The position numbers were made by a program, and so were the translations under genes. Below the pieces are notes generated by a model. It saw only the letters and a list, made by a program, of their open reading frames with translations. It was not told the DNA's origin and searched no databases. From the NCBI GenBank assembly GCA_964650355.1, contig CAZYTL010000001.1:4018-68017 (forward strand): DNA of 64,000 nt. The letters are read 5' to 3'. The stretch comes from an uncultured Gammaproteobacteria bacterium (GTDB lineage: Bacteria > Patescibacteriota > Microgenomatia > CAYXHB01 > CAZYTL01). This document shows, piece by piece, positions 9,928 through 20,014 of the stretch; positions within the stretch are counted from its first letter, which is position 1, and each line of letters starts with the position of its first letter.

Positions 9928-11001
9928 TTATACTCCTGGCGTGAATAATCTCCTTAAGAATCCCATTACTCCCGGTTGGGTTTTGAGTTGCCATTCTTCA
10001 TCGATAACAGCGGAAGCGCTCTTTCCTTTATCTGTAACTACACTTGATAAATTCGTTTTCAATTGATCAGCAGTGAAGCCTTGTTTCCAGGCTGCTCGTA
10101 TCTCAGTTCTCAGGTCACCTTCATTTACAGTGGTGTTTGTTGATTCCTCTGATGGCTGCTCATATAAACTAGTTGTTCCAGAGGTTGGATCAAAAAATCC
10201 AACCACGTTCCCAAAGGCATCTTTCACTTGCTGTTTGGCATATGTGCCACTACCTGAACCGCCGGCTTTTGCGCGATTGGTCTGAGCTTCATAGAGTTTT
10301 AATTCAAACTCTTTTTCCCAACGATCTTCTTCTTTTGTTGCAGCAAGTTCTGAGGATCTGACCTGGTTGTATGTATTTATTAACCCGCCTAAAAATTGGA
10401 GATCGTAACGGAGGTTATTTAGTTTTGCTTCCTTACCCTGAGTTTCCATTGCCACTTTGCGCGTAATTTCACCAAGTCTTGCGTTGTAATCTTCGGCTTT
10501 TGCATTTCGTTCCTCGATCAGGTTGTTAATCTTTGCATTGGCGAGCCTTTGAACTTCTCCAGATTCGCCTGTAATAGTAGCGGCCGAATATCCAGGGTTT
10601 TTCCTAATTTTGCTAACTGACTCATCACGAACATTTTTTTCTTTCGCAATGTCCGTATCCAAAGAGCTGATGGTGTCTTTCAAGGTATCCAGTTTTGCTT
10701 TGCTGTATTCTTCGTCATATCGTTTTGTCTGATATCCCTCAAGCTCACCTGAAAGCTCGTTTGCTTTTTTGTAAGTATCCTGAAAATTTGTGTTGAGGGT
10801 TCCGATGTCAAAACCCAGAATTTTATTCGAGCCACTACTTAGTTCAGAAAGACCTGAGCTAAGGTTTGTAGTCGATTGTTGTTTTGTTGGTTCAGTACCT
10901 TCTGTCCAAATGTCTTTTCCGGAGGAATCTGTACCCCACCAGCGGAGAGCCTTGTTGTCATTTGGTTGCCAGTACCAACCACCGTATTGCTTATCTGCCA
11001 T
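9928..11001 (-). CDS. phage structural protein (coiled-coil rich)
   Basis: 357-aa ORF in the tail module with no enzymatic motif. Confidence 0.4.
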   Translation of the reverse strand: MADKQYGGWYWQPNDNKALRWWGTDSSGKDIWTEGTEPTKQQSTTNLSSGLSELSSGSNKILGFDIGTLNTNFQDTYKKANELSGELEGYQTKRYDEEYSKAKLDTLKDTISSLDTDIAKEKNVRDESVSKIRKNPGYSAATITGESGEVQRLANAKINNLIEERNAKAEDYNARLGEITRKVAMETQGKEAKLNNLRYDLQFLGGLINTYNQVRSSELAATKEEDRWEKEFELKLYEAQTNRAKAGGSGSGTYAKQQVKDAFGNVVGFFDPTSGTTSLYEQPSEESTNTTVNEGDLRTEIRAAWKQGFTADQLKTNLSSVVTDKGKSASAVIDEEWQLKTQPGVMGFLRRLFTPGV

Positions 11002-11234
11002 TACGAAGCACCTCCTTTCTGACCTTTAGTTACCTGATTAATTTTTCCGCTACTAAGGTCAAAGGTGTATTCGCTGTTCACATCGAGTCCGTATTTGAAA
11101 TACTTATTAACAAGCCAACGATCTTTTTGTGATTCCAAAGCCTGAACAACTAACTTGTATTGATTAATCATCTGCATTCGCGCTTGCAGTTCATCGAGAT
11201 CTGATTTGTCTAGTTTTTTAGTTTTTTTGAACAT
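11001..11234 (-). CDS. small phage protein
   Basis: 77-aa ORF whose start and stop overlap the neighbouring genes by about one codon. Confidence 0.35.
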   Translation of the reverse strand: MFKKTKKLDKSDLDELQARMQMINQYKLVVQALESQKDRWLVNKYFKYGLDVNSEYTFDLSSGKINQVTKGQKGGAS

Positions 11235-12549
11235 AAGTATTGACCTCCTCTCTGCCTGACATAGTGATAAACTTTCGCCTGTAATCAGCGATTTTTTCTT
11301 CTATGTCGGGACCGCCTCGTTTTCGTATAAGGCTTATTTGGTGTTCAAGGTATCTTTGCTTGAAAGATGCTTCGTCTTCACCGTCTTGCTTGAGTAGTGG
11401 TTCACCTTCTGGTTCAAAATCAAAGTCAAAATAGCCATCACGGACGGTATAGACGCAGAAATCAAACGCTACATTCGAAACACCACCGAGCATTTCTTTT
11501 ACCAAGAGATACTCGTTAGTCAGTTCTGAGATATACAAACCGTTACAATCGGCTCGGGGAGTCAAGTATGCAGTTACATTTCGGGGATCGCTGACCGCTA
11601 TAAAGTGGTCTGGGAAGTCAATTCGTGTCTGTCCGTTACTGAGATTTACTGTTCCTCTATAAACGAGGAGAACTTCTGCTGCCTCGATACCAGTATACAC
11701 CAATCTATGGCCCTTTTTCCGGGGGTGTGGAATGGAGAAGTTGGATGTTCCTGTTTTATTAATGTTGCCAGCAACATTTAAAGCCTCCAAACCTGAGACT
11801 AAGATATTAACTTTGTCAAAATAGCCATAACCACCATAGATGCGATCGGCACTCATTTGTCCGGCATTTACCTTACCGGCATTCAAGTCATTGACTTCTG
11901 CGTTGGTTACAGCTAAATCCTGAATCTTTGCCGTAGAAATGGCCGCATTCATGATTCTGGAGTTTCCAACCTGAAGCAAACCTATTTTGGCATTGGTGAT
12001 AGTTGCATCTGCTATCTCTGCTGCAGTCACAGCTAAGTCCTGGATTTTAGCTGTACTGATAGCAGCGTTGGCGATTCTGGAGTTACCTACCTCTAAAGCT
12101 CCAATCTTGGCGTTGGTAATGGCAGCATCAGCAATTTCAGCATTGGTCACCGCCGCATCTTGTATTTTTGCTGTTGAAATTGCGGCATTGGCTATACGTG
12201 AGTTAGTGATCTGTGCCAAGCCAATATGTGCGGTTAGGATGATAGCTTCTTCAATCTGAGCTGAAAGAGTTATGACAGAACCGGCTTTATAAACCTTTGC
12301 TGCGGTTATGGCATCGTCCTTTATTTTTTGAGTTGCTACAGCCGCATTTGCTAGTTTTTCTTCAGTTACTGAAAAATCATCCAGCTCAGTGTCGCTAACA
12401 GCTCCTGGTTTTATGTTTACGCTATCTACAGAGTTCGGAGCTAAAAGTGGAGAATCAACTCCGTTATGCCTGTGAGGCACTACCTCAGGAAAAGGTTGGT
12501 CTTGTATCTTTTTGTTTTCTAGTACTTTTTTTATTTGTTTCGTTAACAT
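11218..12549 (-). CDS. tail fibre / receptor-binding-type protein with tandem 40-aa repeats
   Basis: Three tandem copies of NSRI(A/M)NAAISTAKIQD(A/L)AVT(N/A)AEIADA(A/T)ITNAKIG, then a Gly/Tyr-rich region. Confidence 0.5.
   Translation of the reverse strand: MLTKQIKKVLENKKIQDQPFPEVVPHRHNGVDSPLLAPNSVDSVNIKPGAVSDTELDDFSVTEEKLANAAVATQKIKDDAITAAKVYKAGSVITLSAQIEEAIILTAHIGLAQITNSRIANAAISTAKIQDAAVTNAEIADAAITNAKIGALEVGNSRIANAAISTAKIQDLAVTAAEIADATITNAKIGLLQVGNSRIMNAAISTAKIQDLAVTNAEVNDLNAGKVNAGQMSADRIYGGYGYFDKVNILVSGLEALNVAGNINKTGTSNFSIPHPRKKGHRLVYTGIEAAEVLLVYRGTVNLSNGQTRIDFPDHFIAVSDPRNVTAYLTPRADCNGLYISELTNEYLLVKEMLGGVSNVAFDFCVYTVRDGYFDFDFEPEGEPLLKQDGEDEASFKQRYLEHQISLIRKRGGPDIEEKIADYRRKFITMSGREEVNTYVQKN
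11860..12204. repeat. about 3 x 120-bp tandem repeat inside the fibre gene
   Basis: Repeated nucleotide blocks (gcaatttcagc..., gcggcattggc...) correspond to the 40-aa protein repeats. Confidence 0.6.
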
Positions 12550-12553
12550 AGTT

Positions 12554-13999
12554 TTATAAAATTCCTAACGGGTCAAAATAGGTTGTTGCTGAAATGATTT
12601 CCGGAGTGTCATTACCGTTTGGATGTAAGTTCATTGCCAATTCGTACTCCTCACCTGCGCCTGGATCTTCCTCATCACCGCCAGTTTCAATCGTGAATAT
12701 TGCCTTTGACTTTCCTTCCTTATCGAAAAGTTCAGCACCATCCTGCATCGTGGCTTTTTGCCAATCTGCTTGTTGGTTAACTTTGAAAAATACTTCAATA
12801 CTGCAGTCCTGAGGTAGTGGTTTCGTGACTAGCTTGATGTGTCGAAAACCTTTTTGAGTAAATGACTCTCCGCCATCAAAAACGAGCCCTTCATATCTGG
12901 CTTCCGCTTTGTTATCAGAATCGATAATATCCACACCAAAATCCGAGCCGTTCTTCCAGGAACAGTGGAGCTTGTCTTCATACATGGTTAAAGCTCCCAA
13001 CAACACGTTTTCTAGTTGGCCGTGAGAGGGTACATACTCAAGATTTAGAGCATAGGGGTCATTTTTGTTTAATCGGCCGTATGAATAAATACCGCATTTA
13101 TCACTACCATTAACTCCAAGTAGAGGTAAGCCACCCATAATAGTCACCCCGCCTGGATTTACCCAGCCATATTCCCCGGGAAGTTTCTTGATTCGTAGTA
13201 GGCTGGAGGTATCCCAAAAATAAAGCCCGCCTCTGACTCCTGCTTGAATTAGTAAAAATTCTCCTTGCAGTAATGCATTAATACCACGCTCTGCCACCAT
13301 TCTTCGCTGGATCCATGAAGGTTGAATCTTATCCCATGTCCATAGCCATCCTTCTTCTACCTTGTCACCTTTGGTTGATCCGAAAACTACCAATTGATCT
13401 AAACCGAATAAGCATTTGTTTCTATGACCTAAAGGAAGATCAATGGCATCTAAGTTAAAGCCTCCCTCGTAGTCAACCATTGCCAGATCTTTGGAGTCAC
13501 AAATAAGTAAAACGCCCAGAGCTTCGCTCATGGTGTGCCAGCTAGGATCACCGTCAAGTGACTGCCAATCATGCTCTACATCAGTAGACCAATTGCCTGA
13601 TAGTTTAATCCTGCTGAGCTTAGTTTCTGTTGCCCAATAAAGGTAAGGAACGTAATTATCAGAACCGTCATTGTTTGTATATTCTGCGGCTCCGATAATT
13701 GCGCCATTTGAGTCTGTGTAAACCAGTTCCCAGGCTCCACTGCCGCCCTGTTTCCTGTAAATGCGGCCAGTATCTCCAAAGCCGTACAGATTGCCGTTAG
13801 AAGCGGGAACAAAGAAGAGGATGAGGTCTGTAACTACCGTGTCGCTATCTATATCTTCTTTGAGTCGTTGATTGCATTTGAGTGTGTTTTCATCGCCACG
13901 AATGTTCAGACCATAGCCAAAACGGAAAGATTCCCTAACACCTTGATAGGGGTCATCTGCAATTCCGCCTCTAAAACCCTGTATTCTATATGCATTCAT
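12554..13999 (-). CDS. phage tail/baseplate-type structural protein
   Basis: 481-aa ORF in the tail module, Gly/Trp/Asp-rich (beta-rich look), no catalytic motif. Confidence 0.4.
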   Translation of the reverse strand: MNAYRIQGFRGGIADDPYQGVRESFRFGYGLNIRGDENTLKCNQRLKEDIDSDTVVTDLILFFVPASNGNLYGFGDTGRIYRKQGGSGAWELVYTDSNGAIIGAAEYTNNDGSDNYVPYLYWATETKLSRIKLSGNWSTDVEHDWQSLDGDPSWHTMSEALGVLLICDSKDLAMVDYEGGFNLDAIDLPLGHRNKCLFGLDQLVVFGSTKGDKVEEGWLWTWDKIQPSWIQRRMVAERGINALLQGEFLLIQAGVRGGLYFWDTSSLLRIKKLPGEYGWVNPGGVTIMGGLPLLGVNGSDKCGIYSYGRLNKNDPYALNLEYVPSHGQLENVLLGALTMYEDKLHCSWKNGSDFGVDIIDSDNKAEARYEGLVFDGGESFTQKGFRHIKLVTKPLPQDCSIEVFFKVNQQADWQKATMQDGAELFDKEGKSKAIFTIETGGDEEDPGAGEEYELAMNLHPNGNDTPEIISATTYFDPLGIL

Positions 14000-14005
14000 A
14001 GTGTT

Positions 14006-14713
14006 TTATGACCATCTGATATTTTTCGCTTGACCAATGAAGACGCTTGATGGTTCTTCGTCTTCACGGTCTTTTATTTGCTGTAACAAGGCATGCGCCT
14101 CAACAACCTCTTTTTCAGCGTCTTTTTTCCGACCTGGAGCCTTCGCTAGACAGGTACCCAGGGCCAATTTAAGAACTGGCTCATCCATTTCTTCAGGAGT
14201 AATCGGTTCATCGGTTTCTTCAACCAATCGAACAGGTCGGCGTTTATAAAATAAATCGATAACTTTCCCTTCAATTTCCAGTACTGGGTCCAAAAAGTAT
14301 TGATCGCCTATGACGGCGTAGACTTTTTGCCAACGCCAGTCTGTATGACTTGATGGATGTACAACGTCGAGAGAAGGATGGAATGTGGGAGCTATTTTGT
14401 TATCAGATTTTCTGCTTAGGTACTGGTTTTCAGTTACTTTATGATGCTCCTCACCATCAACAGACAAGAAAACCATTCCACCTGGCTTATAATCGAATGG
14501 TAAAAAGTAAGATTCTTTTCCGGATCCATCCGGATTAAGTTCGGTCAGTTGAGTGGCATGTTTGCTTAAAAACTTCCACCGTGCAAAATTGCAGGCACGG
14601 ATAATCGCTTTGTTAATCCAACGATCTTTAGCGGAATTCTTCCAGAAACCGCTTACTTTTGAAGCAGTTATTCTGGCATTTAAATCTTCTCTAAATTCTT
14701 GTAATTGCATAGT
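14006..14713 (-). CDS. phage structural protein
   Basis: The ORF track extends it to 14824, overlapping the upstream gene. The internal ATG at 14713 (MQLQEFREDL...) gives a non-overlapping gene. Confidence 0.35.
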   Translation of the reverse strand, partial: TMQLQEFREDLNARITASKVSGFWKNSAKDRWINKAIIRACNFARWKFLSKHATQLTELNPDGSGKESYFLPFDYKPGGMVFLSVDGEEHHKVTENQYLSRKSDNKIAPTFHPSLDVVHPSSHTDWRWQKVYAVIGDQYFLDPVLEIEGKVIDLFYKRRPVRLVEETDEPITPEEMDEPVLKLALGTCLAKAPGRKKDAEKEVVEAHALLQQIKDREDEEPSSVFIGQAKNIRWS

Positions 14714-14720
14714 TTTTTGT

Positions 14721-16385
14721 TTACTGGAGATTTCCAGTTGCTCGATAATGTTGAACATATGGCAACAGAGCGTTCCCCGGACAATTAGTTGCCGATTCAG
14801 GTACTTCTCCGTGACCCAAAACACGTTCTTTAGGGATACTTCGCTCTTGTCGCAACTCGTCGAGAACTGTTTGTAGGGTTTCTAATTGAGCTGCCGTAGG
14901 GGTTTCGTTGTTGTGGAAGTTGCCGCACAGGACTACACCAAGGGATCGGTAGTTCATCTTGTTGCTATCGCAGTGAGCTCCTATTACGTTATCTGGACGA
15001 CCTAAGATCAGGACTCCATCGCCATCAAGAGCACCGGCAACCCATTTGTGATATCCAATATCATCCCAACCGTAGCCGATATGAGCTTTTTTTATTGTTT
15101 GAAAATAGGTGTTGTCTCTGGGAGTTGCCGAATGGTGAACAATGATAAATTCTGGATAGTTTGCCTTGTTGTAGACCTCGATGTCTTTATCGCGCGTTGT
15201 AACTCTGCGCTCACGAGTCCAGGCAATCACTAACTGAGGCGCGTATTTACCAGAATCCTGGTTGTAGTCCCAGATATATTTAGTGTTTCCATGTCCCGAA
15301 AAATAGTTTTCTAAAATAATTCCAAGCTTGCTTCCTGCCCAGCCTGGACGATCAATAATTTCCTGAATTACTCCTTTTAACTCTGGAGACTCGTAAACAC
15401 TCTCTGCTGTCCAATGATCTCCTATAAGCACTCCTGCTTCAGCGTGGCCAGTATTCCATTGGATTTCTGAGGCTGTTTTACTTCTCAGAGAAGGTCTATT
15501 TGATCCATCTGATTGAAAAACTGCAGCATCGTCTTCAGCAATACCTTTTATGAGAATGTTGGCATGACCGTTATTCTGTATTGGGCTTGTTACGAGAAGT
15601 TTGGCTGAGAGAATCTCGACACCCTGAGGTAGAGAGATCGGGCTAAAGATAAATCCTGCATCATTGGCGGATTCGTCAGGATCTAGGCTACCATCATCAC
15701 CAAATGTGGTCATATTATTTTGATAACCACTCGGATACCAGGTTGTTTTGTAGTCTTCCTCTCCATCTCTGTCGTTACCTTGAATAAACCCAACAGTTAT
15801 TTGTTCGTGTAATCCCTGAGGCAGATAGTAGATTTCCAACTCTGCTTGATAACCATCCCCTTTACTGAAGTCAAAGCAGGTTTTTGATTGGTCTGAAGGG
15901 CTACCATCGTCTTCAATAACAAATGCAATAGCGTTCCCAGGTCTCCAGTTTGTTTGGGCAACAAGTTCTTCCACGATTAAGTTCAAATTAGGTGTTTGAA
16001 CCCATTCGTGGACATTCCATTTTTTGATGATGTCCCAATCCACAGAATTAACTGTTTTATTTCTCGTTGACGGACGGTCAGAGCCATCCGACTTGAATGG
16101 AGCGGGATCTGACTCTTTTATTCCCTTTATTTTTAGATTAACTGTAAAATCGCTACCATCGCTTACAGCAGGTCTTAGTTTTAGTCTTGCAAGAAAAATT
16201 TTTGAGAACTGAGGTATATCAATCCCCCTAAATCTAAAGGCGGCTGTTTGGGTTCCTGTATAGTTTCCAAACGTTATAATCCCTGACGAATTACCATCTT
16301 TATTCCAAGTTGAAGAGCCAGCTTCCTTGCCATCGTCAGAGTTCTGTTGAACTGTTGCTGTTATCTTCAGTACTTGGTTTGTCAT
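14721..16385 (-). CDS. tail-associated peptidoglycan hydrolase (N-acetylmuramoyl-L-alanine amidase, Amidase_2/PGRP domain) with N-terminal repeated modules
   Basis: C-terminal IIVHHSAT...GYH...GAHCDSN...ATNCPG carries the Zn ligands of Amidase_2. The N-terminus has two copies of a (F)xSDGS(D/N)RPS(T/L)R(N/S)KT module, also present in ORF 16676..17692. Confidence 0.7.
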   Translation of the reverse strand: MTNQVLKITATVQQNSDDGKEAGSSTWNKDGNSSGIITFGNYTGTQTAAFRFRGIDIPQFSKIFLARLKLRPAVSDGSDFTVNLKIKGIKESDPAPFKSDGSDRPSTRNKTVNSVDWDIIKKWNVHEWVQTPNLNLIVEELVAQTNWRPGNAIAFVIEDDGSPSDQSKTCFDFSKGDGYQAELEIYYLPQGLHEQITVGFIQGNDRDGEEDYKTTWYPSGYQNNMTTFGDDGSLDPDESANDAGFIFSPISLPQGVEILSAKLLVTSPIQNNGHANILIKGIAEDDAAVFQSDGSNRPSLRSKTASEIQWNTGHAEAGVLIGDHWTAESVYESPELKGVIQEIIDRPGWAGSKLGIILENYFSGHGNTKYIWDYNQDSGKYAPQLVIAWTRERRVTTRDKDIEVYNKANYPEFIIVHHSATPRDNTYFQTIKKAHIGYGWDDIGYHKWVAGALDGDGVLILGRPDNVIGAHCDSNKMNYRSLGVVLCGNFHNNETPTAAQLETLQTVLDELRQERSIPKERVLGHGEVPESATNCPGNALLPYVQHYRATGNLQ

Positions 16386-16650
16386 AATCTTTTTTGTTGT
16401 TTTTAACAGGAACGTCTAATTTGACGTTAATTCTGGCGTTACTTTTAACTCCAACCAGCTTCATGATTCTTCTGATTGCAGCTATAGTTGAACCACCTTT
16501 GCCGATAAGAGCGCCGGCATCCTGGTTGTCTAAGCGAACGATTAACAAGACACCCATTTCATCTACCTTGCGTTCAACTGCAACACTTTCCGGTTTATTG
16601 GTTATTGCTTTGACTATTTGTTCTAGTAGAGCTATATCGCTTCCTTGCAT
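16336..16650 (-). CDS. KH-domain RNA-binding-like small protein
   Basis: GALIGKGGSTIAAIRRI is the KH GxxG loop, in a KhpA/YlqC-like 104-aa protein. Confidence 0.55.
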   Translation of the reverse strand: MQGSDIALLEQIVKAITNKPESVAVERKVDEMGVLLIVRLDNQDAGALIGKGGSTIAAIRRIMKLVGVKSNARINVKLDVPVKNNKKDYDKPSTEDNSNSSTEL

Positions 16651-16675
16651 GGTTTGTTCACCTCCTTTTCATTTG

Positions 16676-17692
16676 TTAAATAGCATTTGGTTCTATTGTT
16701 AGTAACAGTTCGGCTGCATTTGCGGCTCCACTGTTAAAGTCCCAAATGTTTTCATATTGATTTGCTGGACTGGCATCATCCTCAATTGACAAAGCCAACG
16801 CTTTCCCGTCAAATTCTGCTTGCTGGATAATTTCATTTATTACTGAAGCTATGTCAGGAGACTCATACCAAGTGTTTAGAGCCCAATCTTCTGCAATATC
16901 CCAATCCACCCCAGCAGTCGTTTTGTTTCTGGTTGAAGGTCGATCACTCCCATCACCAGCGAATGTATCGGGGCTTGCTTCTAAAATTCCTCTGATTTTC
17001 AAAGTTGGCCGTTTAGTAGAATTCACAGCCGCTTTAACTCGTAGGATGGCACTTGTTACCTTGGCGTTGTTGGGAATGAAGGCTCGAAGGAATCTTAGAC
17101 CAGCATCACAACTGCCAGTGTTATCGTTGCCAATGCTTACTTGATTGGCAGTGAAGCCATTGGGATACCAGGTTGTATCGTAGTCTTCCTCGCCATCATC
17201 GTTGTTTCCCAATATTTTAAGTTTTGAGATGATGACCTTATCAAGTTTCGGGTCTAGTTCTGAAGGCGTTGCGAAATCTGTAGGATTTGATCCAGAATCT
17301 TTTGGTAAACCATTACTATCGAAGGCTACAAGATTGTTTTCAATAGCGCCGCTGACTCCAGCATGAGCGACTGGGTCATCCATGTCGTGTTGCCCAGGCG
17401 TTGCAGAAATAACCACCCAAGCAGAACCGTTATAAGTGTAAATTTTGTTTTCATCTTCTACCCAGCAGGCAAAGCCTTCGTTTGGAGTAGTGAAGATCCA
17501 AGTAGAGCCATTAAATTGTGCTATATCGTTGTCATGACCAGCCCATACTCCAGTGGCAGATCCGCCGATTAGATATCTGTCTCCTACTGATTCACCCCCT
17601 GGTGGAGCAGTAAGATCTTTATCGATTACAGAATCCTGCCAGTCAAGCATTTTCAGATCCGTAGCTGATTTTGCACTATTAAATTTGGCCAT
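16676..17692 (-). CDS. tail fibre/spike-like protein sharing a module with the amidase protein
   Basis: GEEDYDTTWYPNGF and GDGSDRPSTRNKTTAGVDWDI are paralogous to segments of ORF 14721..16385. Confidence 0.45.
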   Translation of the reverse strand: MAKFNSAKSATDLKMLDWQDSVIDKDLTAPPGGESVGDRYLIGGSATGVWAGHDNDIAQFNGSTWIFTTPNEGFACWVEDENKIYTYNGSAWVVISATPGQHDMDDPVAHAGVSGAIENNLVAFDSNGLPKDSGSNPTDFATPSELDPKLDKVIISKLKILGNNDDGEEDYDTTWYPNGFTANQVSIGNDNTGSCDAGLRFLRAFIPNNAKVTSAILRVKAAVNSTKRPTLKIRGILEASPDTFAGDGSDRPSTRNKTTAGVDWDIAEDWALNTWYESPDIASVINEIIQQAEFDGKALALSIEDDASPANQYENIWDFNSGAANAAELLLTIEPNAI

Positions 17693-17698
17693 ATGTAT

Positions 17699-17995
17699 TT
17701 ATTTTTCGGTTATTATCTCTACGACTTGTCCTGCTACTGACGAGCTGACCACTATCTGAGTTGTGTTTTTAATGCGCAAGGATAGGCTGTCACCAGGGTT
17801 ATCAATAATAAATGGTCCGTTTTTGCTATCATCATCATCGTGGGCAACATTTATTTCACCCGTATTGCCCGTCTTGCTTTTGATAACCACCTCACAACCT
17901 TCTCCGACTTTTATGTCAGGTAATGAGTACCATTCATCCTGATTTGTCAGAGTCACTTGGGCAGTAGTAAAAGTAGGTCTACTATTGCTGGACAT
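17699..17995 (-). CDS. small phage structural protein
   Basis: 98-aa ORF in the head-tail module. Confidence 0.35.
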   Translation of the reverse strand: MSSNSRPTFTTAQVTLTNQDEWYSLPDIKVGEGCEVVIKSKTGNTGEINVAHDDDDSKNGPFIIDNPGDSLSLRIKNTTQIVVSSSVAGQVVEIITEK

Positions 17996-18000
17996 AAGTT

Positions 18001-18642
18001 TTAAAACTTCGGCTGTTCAGCCGTACTCCTAACTCCGGTTACAGTCTTTTGGGCATCTGCGCCCTCAGCTGAACCTTTCATTTCAACCTCTTTCTGCTGA
18101 AGAGCTTTCTCTCTGGCAGCCAACTCTTTTTCTCGTTCTTCTAGAGTTCTGAACTTTTCTTGATAGAGTTGATCAACACTCTTACCACCTTTAAGATCAG
18201 CAGTATCGACTTTTCTGAATACATTGCCAAAATTTGGATGATTATCCAGATATTCAACTTCTTCTTGATTGCTAGTCTTGTAAACACCCTCATGGAATTG
18301 AATATATTTCCCTCTGATGATTAGAACTTTGCCACCAACTTCCTTAAGGTAGGAAGGATTCATGACTAGCTTTAATTCAAGGTAGCGGGAGATATAGACA
18401 ACCTCTTTAGGAGTTTCAGCTTTTTGGCTTGTTTGCTTTGTTTCAGGCTGTTGGACCGGAGCATTATCAGAGCCAAGTTCATCATCTTGAGGCGGTTTAT
18501 TTCCAGCAGATTTTTTTGCCTCTTTAATGCGAGCAATAAGCTCAGGTTTTTTGCCGTCTTTCGAGATACCAAGTTGCTTAGCTTCACTCCACAACTCAGC
18601 CATACTCATATCTTCTAGTTGTTTTTCGGTTGTTTCTGTCAT
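18001..18642 (-). CDS. phage protein with Rho-N/SAP-like N-terminal domain
   Basis: MAELWSEAKQLGISKDGKKPELIARIKEA matches the Rho termination factor N-terminal / SAP-like helix-hairpin. It sits immediately downstream of the capsid gene. Confidence 0.45.
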   Translation of the reverse strand: MTETTEKQLEDMSMAELWSEAKQLGISKDGKKPELIARIKEAKKSAGNKPPQDDELGSDNAPVQQPETKQTSQKAETPKEVVYISRYLELKLVMNPSYLKEVGGKVLIIRGKYIQFHEGVYKTSNQEEVEYLDNHPNFGNVFRKVDTADLKGGKSVDQLYQEKFRTLEEREKELAAREKALQQKEVEMKGSAEGADAQKTVTGVRSTAEQPKF

Positions 18643-18811
18643 AATTTTTTCACCTCACTTTCTTTTTTGTCTGATTAATATGGCTCCAGACTTGAGTGAA
18701 GGGGTGATAACGCCCACCCCTTCTTAGGCGACTACACTGAGTAAGAAAGTGTGTAGTGACTTCCAGTTTTTAGTTTGTTCATTCATAAGTTTTTTCAGTA
18801 ATAAGTGTGCT

Positions 18812-19978
18812 TTAGAGCGAGCCGACACTCATGATTGCGTGACGCTTCTCTTGCTCCATTTGCAGACCACATTCTGTTAGGTATTCATCAACCTGACTGT
18901 CTTCACCAGGGTTTTGACGGTTAGTCAAAAGCTTAGTGTCACGATTGGTCAGGTAGCGGTATGTCAAAGCCTCCATATCTAGACCAACGGCATAGTTACC
19001 GTAAGTCGTTCCAATTAAGAGTGGATGCTTGATGATGTGCAGAGTTCCATGCGGAGAGTCGTAAGTTACGATCCTTAATCCATAGGCTTTAGTAGGGTTA
19101 ACTACCTGGAGTTTCCCTTTAGCCCAACCATTAATCATTGAAACAACTGCTGCGGATGCAAACAGATATTTCTCAGTATTTCCGTGAGCGAAGAGACTCT
19201 CTAGCCATGAATCAAATTCTGATTCTGTGTCAACATTGGCGGTTGCATAGGTTGCGATTCTTCCAAGAATACCGTTAGTAAATCTTTTCGGATGCGTACC
19301 AGAAGTAATGACTCCTTTTTTACCAAACATAAAAGTACGCTCGATATCGACATAGTGTTCGATACCTTTTTTGCGCCTTTGGTAATCAAAGTCATTTTCT
19401 TTAACCCAGCCTTGAGTATTTCTAGCAGTTTCAGTAATACCCACTGGAGTTCGGAAGATCTGACAGTAGTTTGATACTTCGGCAATCGTAGTCGATTTGA
19501 TATCGCGCAAGCCCGCACCTTCTTCATTGGCGTTACCAATGAGCCAAACGTCTCCAACTGCAGAAGCAGCGGATCCAGTTGCCCCACCTAACTCAGCACC
19601 TACTGTTACAGTATTTGCGTCAACTATTGCTGTCACTTGGAAGACCCATTTTTGAGCAGCGACTAAAATTATGTCGCCAACTTGTAAGTATTGGGATTGT
19701 CCAGTGATAGTTAAGTTACCTCCGTCAGGATCAATCGTGCTGGAACCCGTCAATTGACGTTTTCCAAACTCATCTTCAAACCATTTGAATTCTGGATCTG
19801 AAGACTCTCTTTTTTTCAGAGCTTCACCTTCGCCGGTTGCCGGATCTTTTCCTGCGTTCGTCAGAATCGCTAAGAGAGGATATCTGTTGACATCCAATAG
19901 CGATACAACATCCGCCACGTCATATTTGCGTGTTGCACCTACATTACCTGTACCTCTAATTCCTGTTGCTGATGGCAT
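18812..19978 (-). CDS. major capsid protein (likely HK97-fold)
   Basis: 388 aa, immediately downstream of an acidic scaffold-like gene. Size and composition fit a major capsid protein. The call rests on position, without motif support. Confidence 0.5.
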   Translation of the reverse strand: MPSATGIRGTGNVGATRKYDVADVVSLLDVNRYPLLAILTNAGKDPATGEGEALKKRESSDPEFKWFEDEFGKRQLTGSSTIDPDGGNLTITGQSQYLQVGDIILVAAQKWVFQVTAIVDANTVTVGAELGGATGSAASAVGDVWLIGNANEEGAGLRDIKSTTIAEVSNYCQIFRTPVGITETARNTQGWVKENDFDYQRRKKGIEHYVDIERTFMFGKKGVITSGTHPKRFTNGILGRIATYATANVDTESEFDSWLESLFAHGNTEKYLFASAAVVSMINGWAKGKLQVVNPTKAYGLRIVTYDSPHGTLHIIKHPLLIGTTYGNYAVGLDMEALTYRYLTNRDTKLLTNRQNPGEDSQVDEYLTECGLQMEQEKRHAIMSVGSL

Positions 19979-20014
19979 ATTATTTTTTCACCTCCTTTCT
20001 TATTAATTAGGGGA

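Noticed and set aside
11987-12259. 90-aa Ala-rich plus-strand ORF
   Set aside because: It is the antisense reading of the tandem-repeat region of the fibre gene.
14006-14824. Full 272-aa extent of this ORF
   Set aside because: The upstream ~110 nt overlap the 3' end of the amidase gene in another frame. The internal ATG at 14713 gives a non-overlapping gene, so the shorter model is preferred.
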